Source of the DNA: Antedon mediterranea
Taxonomy: Eukaryota; Animalia; Echinodermata
Reading direction: 5' to 3'
DNA length: 64,000 nucleotides
Assembly: GCF_964355755.1 (NCBI RefSeq)
Contig: NC_092675.1
Coordinates: forward strand, 16,526,912 to 16,590,911
Both the position numbers and the translations under genes were made by a program. The notes under the pieces are model-generated. The model made no database searches. It saw nothing but the letters and a program-made list of their open reading frames with translations, and was not told where the DNA came from. Below, one piece after another: positions 53,294-64,000 of this stretch (the stretch's first letter is position 1; each line of letters opens with the position of its first letter).

Positions 53294-53587
53294 CTGGAAG
53301 TTAATTGATTCCATTAGTTTTCAGATAAAATACAATGCATCTTTAATAATATCAATCAGAAATCTGCCACAAGCACAGGCAACATAAATCGATAAAGTCT
53401 TTTACTTCTATTTGGGTTGGATGCCTTATTTACTAGAGCTCCTGTGAATTTTGTTCCAGCGAGGTTTCACATGGAAGCTTTAAAGTGCTGCTTTTTCTTC
53501 ATTTTTGGTTATCTTCAGATATTTAATGGATCATTTTTGTGTGTAAAGTGCTTAGAAATATTGTATTAGGTGCTAAATAATACTACC

Positions 53588-56500
53588 ATTATTGTTATTG
53601 TTGTTGTTGTTGTTTTTATTGTTGATGTTGTTCTTCTTTTTGTTGTTCTTCTTGTTGTTCTTGTTGTTGTTGTTGTTGTTGTTCTTGTCATTGTTCTTCT
53701 TGTTGATATTGTTGTTATTCTTGTTGTTGTTATTGTTCCTGTTGTTGTTGTTGTTGTTGTTGATATTGTTGTTATTCTTGTTTTTGTTGTTGTTGTTGTC
53801 ATTGTTCTTGTCGTTGTTCTTCTTGTTGATATTGTTGTTGTTCTTGTCGTTGTTCTTCTTGTTGATATTGTTGTTGTTCTTGTCGTTGTTCTTCTTGTTG
53901 ATATTGTTGTTATTCTTGTTCCTGTTATTGTTGTTATTGTTCCTGTTGTTATTCTTGTTGTTGTTGTTGTTGTTATTGTTCCTGTTGTTATTCTTGTTGT
54001 TGTTGTTGTTATTGTTCCTGTTGTTATTCTTGTTGTTGTTGTTGTTGTTATTGTTCCTGTTGTTATTCTTGTTGTTGTTATTGTTCTTGTTGTTATTCTT
54101 GTTGTTGTTGTTGTTATTGTTGTTATTCTTGTTGTTGTTATTGTTGTTATTCTTGTTGTTGTTATTGTTGTTGTTGTTATTGTTCCTGTTCTTGTTGTTA
54201 TTGTTGTTATTCTTGTTGTTGTTATTGTTCCTGTTCTTGTTGTTATTGTTGTTATTCTTGTTGTTGTTATTGTTGTTATTCTTGTTGTTGTTATTGTTGT
54301 TGTTGTTATTGTTCCTGTTCTTGTTGTTATTGTTGTTATTCTTGTTGTTGTTATTGTTCCTGTTCTTGTTGTTATTGTTGTTATTCTTGTTGTTGTTATT
54401 GTTGTTATTCTTGTTGTTGTTATTGTTGTTGTTGTTATTGTTCCTGTTCTTGTTGTTATTGTTGTTATTCTTGTTGTTGTTATTGTTGTTATTCTTGTTG
54501 TTGTTATTGTTGTTGTTGTTATTGTTCCTGTTCTTGTTGTTATTGTTGTTATTCTTGTTGTTGTTATTGTTCCTGTTCTTGTTGTTATTGTTGTTGTTGT
54601 TATTGTTCCTGTTCTTGTTATTGTTGTTATTCTTGTTGTTGTTATTGTTCCTGTTCTTGTTGTTATTGTTGCTATTGTTGTTGTTGTTATTGTTCCTGTT
54701 CTTGTTGTTATTGTTGTTGTTGTTATTGTTCCTGTTCTTGTTGTTATTGTTGTTATTGTTGTTGTTGTTATTGTTCCTGTTCTTGTTGTTATTGTTGCTA
54801 TTGTTGTTGTTGTTATTGTTCCTGTTCTTGTTGTTATTGTTGTTGTTGTTATTGTTCCTGTTCTTGTTGTTATTGTTGTTATTGTTGTTGTTGTTATTGT
54901 TCCTGTTCTTGTTGTTATTGTTGTTGTTGTTATTGTTCCTGTTCTTGTTGTTATTGTTGTTATTGTTATTGTTCCTGTTCTTGTTGTTATTGTTGTTGTT
55001 GTTATTGTTCCTGTTCTTGTTGTTATTGTTGTTGTTGTTATTGTTCCTGTTCTTGTTGTTATTGTTGTTGTTGTTGTTGTTGTTATTGTTCCTGTTCTTG
55101 TTGTTGTTGTTGTTATTGTTCCTGTTCTTGTTGTTATTGTTGTTATTGTTGTTGTTGTTATTGTTCCTGTTCTTGTTGTTATTGTTGTTATTGTTGTTGT
55201 TGTTATTGTTCCTGTTCTTGTTGTTATTGTTGTTGTTGTTATTGTTCCTGTTCTTGTTGTTATTGTTGTTATTGTTATTGTTCCTGTTCTTGTTGTTATT
55301 GTTGTTGTTGTTATTGTTCCTGTTCTTGTTGTTATTGTTGTTGTTGTTATTGTTCCTGTTCTTGTTGTTATTGTTGTTATTGTTGTTGTTGTTATTGTTC
55401 CTGTTCTTGTTGTTGTTGTTGTTATTGTTCCTGTTCTTGTTGTTATTGTTGTTATTGTTGTTGTTGTTATTGTTCCTGTTCTTGTTGTTATTGTTGTTAT
55501 TGTTGTTGTTGTTATTGTTCCTGTTCTTGTTGTTATTGTTGTTATTCTTGTTGTTGTTATTGTTCCTGTTCTTGTTGTTATTGTTGTTATTCTTGTTGTT
55601 GTTATTGTTGTTATTCTTGTTGTTGTTATTGTTGTTGTTGTTATTGTTCCTGTTCTTGTTGTTATTGTTGTTATTCTTGTTGTTGTTATTGTTCCTGTTC
55701 TTGTTGTTATTGTTGTTATTCTTGTTGTTGTTATTCTTGTTATTCTTGTTGTTGTTATTGTTGTTGTTGTTATTGTTCCTGTTCTTGTTGTTATTGTTGT
55801 TATTCTTGTTGTTGTTATTGTTGTTATTCTTGTTGTTGTTATTGTTGTTGTTGTTATTGTTCCTGTTCTTGTTGTTATTGTTGTTATTCTTGTTGTTGTT
55901 ATTGTTCCTGTTCTTGTTGTTATTGTTGTTGTTGTTATTGTTCCTGTTCTTGTTATTGTTGTTATTCTTGTTGTTGTTATTGTTCCTGTTCTTGTTGTTA
56001 TTGTTGCTATTGTTGTTGTTGTTATTGTTCCTGTTCTTGTTGTTATTGTTGTTGTTGTTATTGTTCCTGTTCTTGTTGTTATTGTTGTTATTGTTGTTGT
56101 TGTTATTGTTCCTGTTCTTGTTGTTATTGTTGCTATTGTTGTTGTTGTTATTGTTCCTGTTCTTGTTGTTATTGTTGTTGTTGTTATTGTTCCTGTTCTT
56201 GTTGTAATTGTTGTTATTGTTGTTGTTGTTATTGTTCCTGTTCTTGTTGTTATTGTTGTTGTTGTTATTGTTCCTGTTCTTGTTGTTATTGTTGTTATTG
56301 TTGTTGTTGTTATTGTTCCTGTTCTTGTTGTTATTGTTGTTGTTGTTATTGTTCCTGTTCTTGTTGTTATTGTTGTTGTTGTTATTGTTCCTGTTCTTGT
56401 TGTTATTGTTATTGTTCCTGTTCTTGTTGTTATTGTTGTTGTTATTGTTCCTGTTCTTGTTGTTATTGTTGTTGTTGTTATTGTTCCTGTTCTTGTTGTT

Positions 56501-56685
56501 ATTGTTGTTATTGTTGTTGTTGTTATTGTTCCTGTTCTTGTTGTTGTTGTTGTTATTGTTCCTGTTCTTGTTGTTATTCTTGTTCCTGTTGTTGTTGTTG
56601 TTGTTGTTGTTCCTGTTCCTGTTATTGTTCCTGTTGTTGTTGTTGTTGTTGTTCTTGTTCTTGTTATTATTATTATTATTATTAG
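53588..56685. repeat. 3.1-kb compound trinucleotide array (GTT with ATT/CTT/CCT variants), intronic
   Basis: Directly visible; lies between SZT2 exons 56722-56815 and 53169-53293. Confidence 0.97.
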
Positions 56686-56721
56686 TTCAAATCGGATTCT
56701 TTAACATTAATTTATACTTAC

Positions 56722-56815
56722 TAGCTTCTGTGATACCATATATGGCAACATGAACCATATGTTGATTGGTATTGCTTGATCCATAACTTCCAATGCTTGA
56801 GTCAGTTTTTGTAGT
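56722..56815 (-). CDS. SZT2: SZT2 exon
   Basis: TTKTDSS...HMVHVAIYGITEA; tttcag| and |gtaagt, phase 0-1. Confidence 0.85.
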
Positions 56816-56857
56816 CTGAAAGTTAACATCAAGTGTTTTCTTTGCTTTATCTATAAG

Positions 56858-57160
56858 GATGTGTGGCGCAGTGGGACTACTGATCGTGAGATCGTGTTTC
56901 GAATCCAACTCTCACGGCATTGCTTGTATCCTTAGGCAAGCTATTTTACTTATGTTTGCCTTTCTCTACCCAGGTGTATAAATTGGTACCGGTTAGATCA
57001 AGACACAACTTTGCGCTAATTACTAGCTGCATTATGGGAGTATATGTTTCCATACGTGTTTGATCAACAAAAAAATGACTGGGGTAATAATGTGAAGTGC
57101 TTAGAAGCACTGTGCAACAAGCGCTATATAAAAACAAATATTATTATTTTATTATTATTA
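56858..57160 (+). mobile_element. tRNA-derived SINE (family B) with L2-like tail
   Basis: A-box TGGCGCAGTGG, B-box TTTCGAATCC, core CCCAGGTGTATAAAT, tail GTGAAGTGCTTAGA...AAGCGCTATATAAA then (TTA)n. Confidence 0.78.
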
Positions 57161-57294
57161 TCTATATCTGACAGAAAATATAAGTTGTCAATGGGCAATA
57201 CATTCCATGTGAACAATGAACAATTTAAGTGTAAACTAAAAATTGAGTCATCAATCATGTACTGGTTTTGTTAGTGTTAAGTGAAATTGCTTAC

Positions 57295-57362
57295 CAACAG
57301 ACTACTAGTATCATCTGTAACATCTAGCGTCGGCAATGAGGATAAAGACGGGGTTCTTGATG
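57295..57362 (-). CDS. SZT2: SZT2 exon
   Basis: SRTPSLSSLPTLD...; phase 1-0. Confidence 0.72.
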
Positions 57363-57537
57363 CTGTTGATATATATATGAAATGAATATTAATACAGGTA
57401 CATACAATTTTAGCTTACAAAAATAGTTCTACTAAAGTATTTACTAAAATGCATATTCTTTTATGTTTGACAGATGAAAAAAGCAGATAGAAGGTAGAAG
57501 ACAGGATCTGGTTGTAGTAAGCTCATTTGAAGTTTAC

Positions 57538-57617
57538 CTGGTCGATCATCAGCAGTACGAATACAACTATCAATAGGCGAGTTTGCTCCTTGCGACCATA
57601 TGCTAGTCTCTGAAAGT
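57538..57617 (-). CDS. SZT2: SZT2 exon
   Basis: LSETSIWSQ...; phase 2-1. Confidence 0.8.
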
Positions 57618-57998
57618 CTGTGAAATAAACAATTCTCTATTATAGGGTGATTTTATTAAGTTTTAAACTCATGATGTCACACACCCCATTGTTATATGGG
57701 ACTGACTTTTTACTTTCATTTTTATCAAACTTTGCACTTGTATTGCTGGTTGGTTAAATGATAAAATGAACTGATGACATCACTAATAGAAATTAGTCAC
57801 ACCTAAACGATTTCATAATCTTCTACAATGACTTTAAAAAATAGACATTAACAAATGGTTTTTATATGTCACGTTGTGTAAGGAAATGTAAAGATATCTT
57901 CTAAAATAATAGTTGAATTTGAGAGTACAAACAGAACAAAGAACAGATTTAAAAAAAAGCTATCATCCTATGAAAAAGAAGGAAATAAAAGTACATAC

Positions 57999-58098
57999 CT
58001 TAAGTAGAAAACACCACCTGATTTATCTTTATACACAAACATATTCCTTCGATTATTAACAGAAAATGCTGACAGCGTGTTTATAACTTGAAGAAGAC
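57999..58098 (-). CDS. SZT2: SZT2 exon
   Basis: LSAFSVNNRRNMFVYKD...VFYLR; phase 1-2. Confidence 0.92.
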
Positions 58099-58149
58099 CT
58101 AATGTTTATTATATAAAAGTACAAAATAAACCATGATTAATGATGCCCT

Positions 58150-58290
58150 GAAACAGGTCTTCTTGGATAAGAACTTAAAACTGCCGGTCCTGTGTACACA
58201 TCTGGCTTATCTTGTCAGTGTACTGGTCCATCTCAGCCCCTGTTGTTCATGGTAAGCATTGTGGTTGCTGTGGGTTTGTGGAGGACCTAA
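58150..58290 (+). mobile_element. SINE family A fragment
   Basis: GTCTTCTTGGATAAG...GGTCCTGTGTACACATCT...GTACTGGTCCA. Confidence 0.6.
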
Positions 58291-58358
58291 TCAAATTAAG
58301 GATGAATATTATGGCCTAATTAAGATTAAATTCATAATTATTAATGATGTTCTATTAC

Positions 58359-58511
58359 CTTTAGATGTGCTTTCAGTAGATGTTGATTTCAACCTTGGAT
58401 GTATTGGGATGTTAATGGAGAAAACTTCTTTGCAAGCAAATATTCCAGGTTCAAAAGACATTGATGCTGCTAAATAGCCTTTCTTCTTTAAAACTGGATC
58501 TTCTATATCAT
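58359..58511 (-). CDS. SZT2: SZT2 exon
   Basis: GYLAASMSFEPGIFAC...IHPRLK; phase 1-1. Confidence 0.9.
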
Positions 58512-58724
58512 CTAATTTATACAAGTAGAATAAATTTAAAAAACAGGATTTTGAAGGAGTATCCATTATGGCAGCAACCTTTGCGGTTTCCTCTTTATAA
58601 CGCTGACAACACATAATAATCACTGTGTCACAGTTGAAAGATTTAACTAAAATTACAAAGAAATGGAGCATGTTTGATATACAGAAGAAACAAAATATTA
58701 GCTGTATGTAATGTTTATACTAAC

Positions 58725-58839
58725 CCTCATCTATTTCTGATCTACTTCTCTTGTCATGTTCAAAAATATCCTCATCACTTTGAGGTACCAGCAGTGTATG
58801 ACATAGTCTGGTTTCATTTAGATCCAATAAAAGAAGACT
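58725..58839 (-). CDS. SZT2: SZT2 exon
   Basis: LLLLDLNETRLCHTLLVPQSDEDIF; phase 0-1. Confidence 0.9.
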
Positions 58840-59191
58840 CTAAAAAATGAAAAACTTGAAGTTTGTATGTTCATATATAATATGAAAACGGTAAAAGAAG
58901 CATTTACATGAACAAGAACCATTTCAAAGTCTCTAGTTCACTGATAACCTGGGTAAAATTCTTACACAAGAGGCCTATCCTATCTGTTTCAATTCCAGTA
59001 AACATATCATGATTCTTATAATTTCTAATAAATAATTTCACACGATTTCATGTGTACGGCGCCTGGACTATTCCATTTTCTTTTCGAGGGGTGTTCATAT
59101 TGTAGATTCTATACAGGTAGGGTTCTCATGAAATAGATGTTGTATTTCAAACATACAGTAGAATCAAACCTAAATTTGAACTTTGGTATAC

Positions 59192-59288
59192 CTGGTTCAC
59201 AATTCGGCATGTATTTTCAATGCAACCAATCAATTTCATGACAACATCAAACTGTTCTTTATACCTTGTATCCTCTTCTTGAGAAATT
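59192..59288 (-). CDS. SZT2: SZT2 exon
   Basis: ...IENTCRIVNQ; phase 2-0. Confidence 0.88.
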
Positions 59289-59552
59289 CTGAAAACAAAA
59301 CCATCCAAAACTATAATAATACATTTAAATAAAAAAAAATAAAAGTTACTTTATAGGATGGAAATGTGTTGCAAATATGAAAACACATTGTAATTATGTC
59401 AAAATTATTCTACTGCAGTAAAGTAATTAAGACCAGAATTATGCATCTAAATATCGTAAAAGAAAAACTACACTAAATGGTATTAATAGGAAGACGGAAT
59501 GTGCTGTAAATACGAAAACATATTACTATAGTAAAATATGGTAATAACTTAC

Positions 59553-59700
59553 CCAGTATGAAAATAAACATTTACTTTGTCGGCTTCTATTTTGGCAATA
59601 AGCCAGAAATCAGGTATTTTGAGAATATTTACATCAACACTTGAATGGTATGAATCCTCCATCTCACCCTCCTCATCACCACTGGAATCTGCATCATAAC
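59553..59700 (-). CDS. SZT2: SZT2 exon
   Basis: GYDADSS...PDFWLIAKIEADKVNVYFH; phase 1-2. Confidence 0.92.
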
Positions 59701-60129
59701 CTAATCAAAATTACAATTAAATTGTAAATTAATTAGAGAAAACTAATGTGTGTATGTTTTGTTTTGAAAGCTTTGTATTGTGTATTGTATTTGTTGGTTT
59801 GTCATAGGAGCTGCACCTCTTTTAGGCGACAGTGGGTTTCCTGCTTTTGAGACTCTCAACCGGCATACAAAATGAATAAAATAAAAAATAAGAAACAGTG
59901 GAGCATGTTCTGCATACTACAAAAACATTAGGGAACCTTTGATTTGGGAACAAGTTGTGTCATGTCAATTCATTGTGAATATGCACAGTTTTGGTGGATA
60001 ACAGAAGTCATAGGTCATCACAAATAGAAAGTTGCCAATTGCTGCTATGTTGCCAACCTAGTGTAAATATTTGCACAAAGACCTAATTTACAGCAATTTA
60101 TTTAATTGAGTAATTGTAGAATGTGTTAC

Positions 60130-61438
60130 CTTTTTCTTCATCCCAACTTGTATCTTCCTGGCTGGTGTAGCTAATCTGAGAGCTTGGAGTTTCACTTGAA
60201 AAGGCTGAGTAGTTCTTCTGTGAAAACTTACTATTGAACAAAAATATTGGTGAATCTGATCCTGATCCTGGTGTTGGGGTATTGTAAGTTGAAGTTGAAG
60301 AACCTTTGTCCAACTTCAATTTATCTGCCCCTATTGGTTCTACCAATCCATCTCCTTTTTCTATTTCATCTTTCTTAATTTCATTCTTATCATTAACCTC
60401 ATCAGAAATTATAGTAGGTGGGAGATTTGACTCTTTGATTTCACCAATAATCTTGGATGATGTCTCCGTGGAAGACTCATTTGATGCTCCACAGGATGTA
60501 ATAGTACTTCCTGTTGAGCTTCTACTTGTTTGTCTCGCAGTAATAACTTCTTCCTCATCATCATTACTTCCATTCTCTTCTTTTTCTTCATAATCACTCA
60601 TTTCCTCGGATTTCTTATTATCACTCTCTTCTTCATCTCCTTGAACTGTGCTTCCACCTTCTTCATTCACTTCTTCATTGATGAAATTATCCACAAACTC
60701 ATTCAGAACCACGATACTAGAATCTCTCGATCTCATTCCACTTTCTATTGCCATTTCATTGTCAATCTTAGCTTCTTCTAAAGAGGTAACAAGTTCATCA
60801 ACAACAGAGCATTCACCATCAACAGACGATGTTCTCTCCAAATCATAATCTTCAGGAAGAACTTGTATCGAACTGCCGCTGCTTCTAGAAATGTTATCGT
60901 CAGCATTACGTGGTTGTTCGTCAGTATTTTCTAAACCTGCAGGAGATCCCTGCTGGATAGACTCATCTCCTTCTTCATTTGCATCAACATCTAGTTGAGA
61001 ATCATCTCTTTTGGCATCTTTATCTTTCTCTAAATTACATGTTTCTGATTTTTGACTGTCAATAGAAAACAAATGATCTACTCTTGGTGTAACCTCATCT
61101 TCATCAGAATCTGATACACTTTCTATCATTTTCCGATCACGATTCCTTTCTTTCAGAGTTTTTGGTAACTTTTTCGGTGAAGGAGGAGTAAATATAATTG
61201 ATACAGGAGGATCTTCTCCACCTTTGGTTTCTGCATCATTATCATGTTCTTCTGATGGTCGTTCTGCCTCAGCTTTTCCTAAATTATTTAAGGCATCTGT
61301 AATATCTAGTTTCAACTTCAATTGCTTTTCTTCTTCTATTTTTCGTTTCTTTTCAATTTCTTCGTTATTCCAAGTAAGGTAATAGAAATCTTTAACCTTT
61401 GTAAGCTGATAAGCTTTAAGTTCAATATTCTCAAATTC
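60130..61438 (-). CDS. SZT2: SZT2 large acidic/Ser-rich exon (436 codons)
   Basis: Open frame from EFENIEL to SWDEEK; tttag| and |gtaaca; phase 0-1 fits both neighbours. Confidence 0.88.
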
Positions 61439-61522
61439 CTAAATGAAAATAAAAATTTAATCAAAAGATACTGTAATTATTGTTTTGTTACAAAAGGCCA
61501 TTACTCAAGTGTAGTCATTACA

Positions 61523-61806
61523 AGTGAGTGACTGGCCGAGCGGTTAAGACAGTGGAACCGTAATTACGTAGCCATAACATCGGCAGGGGTTCGAGGCTCA
61601 CTCACTCCATGGTTCTGGTGGTAGAACGAGTCTTCTCGAATAAGGACTATAAACCGTAGGTCCAGTGTACACATCTATCTCGTGTGCACTTTAAAGTATT
61701 AGTACATCATAGCCACTGATCACCAACTGGGCCCTCAGGGAGACCAGTCTTTGACTGAAGAGGTTACCCAGTATAAATATATATTTCAATCAATTTCAAT
61801 CAATCA
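61523..61806 (+). mobile_element. SINE family A, well-preserved head, (TCAA)n tail
   Basis: A-box TGGCCGAGCGG, B-box GGTTCGAGGC, shared core, tail GACTGAAGAGGTTACCCAGTATAAAT. Confidence 0.85.
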
Positions 61807-61867
61807 AGGTTATATATCAAACTATTACATGATAGTTCTGCCAAAGTTCATTATTACAATACTTTAC

Positions 61868-62053
61868 CTTAATAAATTTCTTAAGACTATGCTCATGTCC
61901 AAACACAAACTTCAGTGGAAAGTCTTTAGCAACACAACTTGGCTTGCAAGTTGAATTATTGATGTGCTTTGCTACCATGTCTAGAGTGTTCAAGGTAACT
62001 GGGTAGATGCTCCTTTTTGCTGATGCTATTTCATCCTGAAGAAGCCATTTTAT
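61868..62053 (-). CDS. SZT2: SZT2 exon (most 5' in window)
   Basis: IKWLLQDEIAS...PLKFVFGHEHSLKKFIK; phase 0-0. Confidence 0.92.
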
Positions 62054-62090
62054 CTACAAGATACATTACATCATAATAGAACACTAAACT

Positions 62091-63755
62091 AAACTAGAAA
62101 GCCACTCCGAGAGTGCATACCTACGCCTACTGTAACATTCTTCTACATCAGATTTAGTGACCGGAAAGTGTGTGTCTTAATGTTGTGTGTCATTTAGGCT
62201 AATTTAACTACAAGCATATGTATGCGAGTTTGGAGTAATGGTTTAATAAGCCTTTCAATTAACAATAGCTTCAGTTGACTAACAATAGAACAGCAACGCG
62301 AAAATCAAACGAGTGAATTTGAAAAGAAATAGGTTTTTTAAACTACTCACATAAAAAAATGTGCACATTAAATCAAATTATGTTTTAAAATTACAAATCT
62401 CCAATTATAACTCTTGCCTCTTGTACAAAAATGAAGTTTTTTGGACAAGTAGTTCTTGAGAAAATGCAATTGTGATTTTATTTCCTTACAGAGAGACATT
62501 AACAAAATCTCTGAATGGTCAATTTTAAACAAACTTATTTTAAACCCTACTAAATGTAACATCTTGTCTATCGATAGAAGGAGAGCTCCATCTTCTAATG
62601 ACTATGTACTTAACGATCAGGTTATTGCACATGTTAAACATCTGAAAATTCTTGGTGTGTACATATCCGATGATTTGTCATGGTCTAAACAAGTCCATGA
62701 GGTTGTAAATAAGTGTAATAGAACACTGGGTCTTGTTAGAGCAATTGCTGGTGGTTGTTCTACACCCGTTCTTTTAAAATTATACCAGTGTCTAGTCCTC
62801 CCTCATATACAGTACTGTTGCGAGGTGTGGTACCCTTATCGCATATGTCAAATTCAAATGATTGAGCAAATCCAGAGACGGGCCACCCAGTTGATCTTAC
62901 ACCAACGTCGTCAGGAACAGTCATATGAGAGGAGACTAGACACTCTTGATATCCCATCCACAATCGCTATTAGAGATTTTTATACAGTTCTATTTGTTTG
63001 CAATGTTTTACTTTATCATCAAAGATCTATTATTTATAATTTACTCATAGTTAATAATCGTCATGATACTCTCACTTTCAAGCATCTTCGCTCCAGTAAT
63101 GATATGTCAAAATTTTGCATCCCGACCAGATTCACTAGAACTTGGAATTCCATACCCAATCAGATTTGTGATATTTTTGTTAATGGTTCTTTTATTAATT
63201 TTAAATTATCTCTAAAGCTATATTTTAAATCTCGGAGAGAAACTTTTTAAATTTTTAAATGAAATGATATGTCTACTATATTTGTATATATTCTTGTTAT
63301 TTGTTATTTATGTGTTGGAGAAACACACCTTACCGGTGACAGCGTTTGTTTAATGCTTTTGTCTTTCCTCGGCCTCGTGTCTTGTTTTTCATATATATAT
63401 ATATATATTTTTATGTTTTTTGTAATTATTATTTTATGTTTATTGCCGAAATGAATAAAATAAAAAATAAAATAAAAATTACAGTTTACTTGTTACTTTA
63501 AGACTGCTCGCCGGCTTTTGAAAAATTCTGTCCTATCTTTTAACACCAGCAGGTCTGAAAAAGTATACTAAAAGGTGGTCCAGAATTGGGACTGTGGTCC
63601 CAAATGGTCCCAAAATTTAATGGAGTGGTTCTTGACCACATATCTATCTGTATATTCATTTTGGTAAAGATCTTGTAATTATTTTTTGAGTAATCCTGCT
63701 AACACACAAACAAACACACGCTACCGATTACATATAGCTCCTTGGCGGAGGTAAA
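62091..63755 (-). mobile_element. Helentron/DINE-1-like element (relative of 52589-53127) interrupted by a LINE
   Basis: 62091-62471 and 63477-63755 are collinear with the reverse complement of 52589-53127. Confidence 0.82.
62472..63476 (+). mobile_element. 5'-truncated CR1-like LINE: RT C-terminal ORF (to 63250), 3' UTR and A-rich tail
   Basis: LQRDINKISEWS...LNPTKC...LGVYISDDLSW...LYQCLVLPHIQYCCEVWYPY. (AAAAT)n tail. AATT on both sides is a possible TSD. Confidence 0.9.
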
Positions 63756-63774
63756 TAAGAAGACTTCCTGAACT

Positions 63775-64000
63775 GTCGAGTGGCCAAGCGTTTAAGGCAG
63801 TGGCGCCGCAAACTATAGCTATACAATCAGCACAGGTTCAGGACCAAGTCTAGTGTACACATCTGGCGTGTGTGCACTTTAAAGAACCCAGTACATTTTG
63901 TGGAAGAGTAGGGGGTTTACCCCGGAGTACTGGTCCATTCAGCCCCCGTCGTTGTGGACAAACAAAACGGGCACTGTTTGGTAACAGCACTCGACATGAA
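63775..64000 (+). mobile_element. SINE family A, internally deleted, runs off the window
   Basis: TGGCCAAGCG head; GTGCACTTTAAAGAACCCAG...GAGTAGGGGG core. Confidence 0.75.

Larger units (their letters stand above)
33074..62053 (-). other. SZT2: SZT2 (KICSTOR complex scaffold) gene span in window; 33 coding exons, 5' part outside window
   Basis: Recognised conserved blocks IKWLLQDE...PLKFVFG, PDFWLI, FSVNNRRNMFVY, MLVRNAQCKLTPEDVHFIQP, LYTYNWS, HYCCTPLLF, HSFTYDFHLR, RRDFLWRLL and C-terminal CYHLWSCIL. All intron phases are compatible; total 6522 nt. Confidence 0.93.

Noticed and set aside
53566-56753. 1044-aa poly-Val, 871-aa poly-Leu and Thr-rich ORFs
   Set aside because: These follow from the stop-free triplet repeat. 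The flanking SZT2 exons splice in phase across it, and intron read-through hits TGA at 56687 before the array.
58512-58671. N-terminal part of ORF 58309-58671 as exon
   Set aside because: The acceptor at 58603 is phase 0, while the upstream exon needs phase 1. The acceptor at 58512 fits.
61523-61610. tRNA gene
   Set aside because: A and B boxes are present but I cannot fold a cloverleaf, and the sequence continues into the multi-copy SINE core.

Overview
AT-rich eukaryotic DNA with GT-AG spliceosomal introns. It looks like a marine invertebrate, possibly an echinoderm; that is a guess from repeat content. The right half (33074-62053, minus strand) holds the 3' ~2170 codons of SZT2, the KICSTOR scaffold. 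I assembled 33 exons by hand; all intron phases are compatible and the sum is 6522 nt ending in a stop. The 5' part of SZT2 lies beyond the window. The left half (minus strand) holds the 5' part of an unidentified multi-exon gene with a long disordered, Tyr-motif-rich N-terminus and apparently alternative first exons. Introns are crowded with transposons: a decayed CR1/L2-group LINE, a young 5'-truncated CR1-like LINE nested in a Helentron-type element, a complete non-autonomous Helitron, TTAA-flanked Kolobok-like elements, a Harbinger-like element with a Myb/SANT remnant, several MITEs and tRNA-headed SINEs. There are two large tandem arrays, a 17-bp minisatellite and a 3.1-kb compound (GTT)n. 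I found no prokaryotic system, CRISPR array or convincing RNA gene, and no clearly new molecular system. The best leads are the orphan gene and the transposon-derived architectures listed in findings. Family assignments come from remembered motifs, not database searches.
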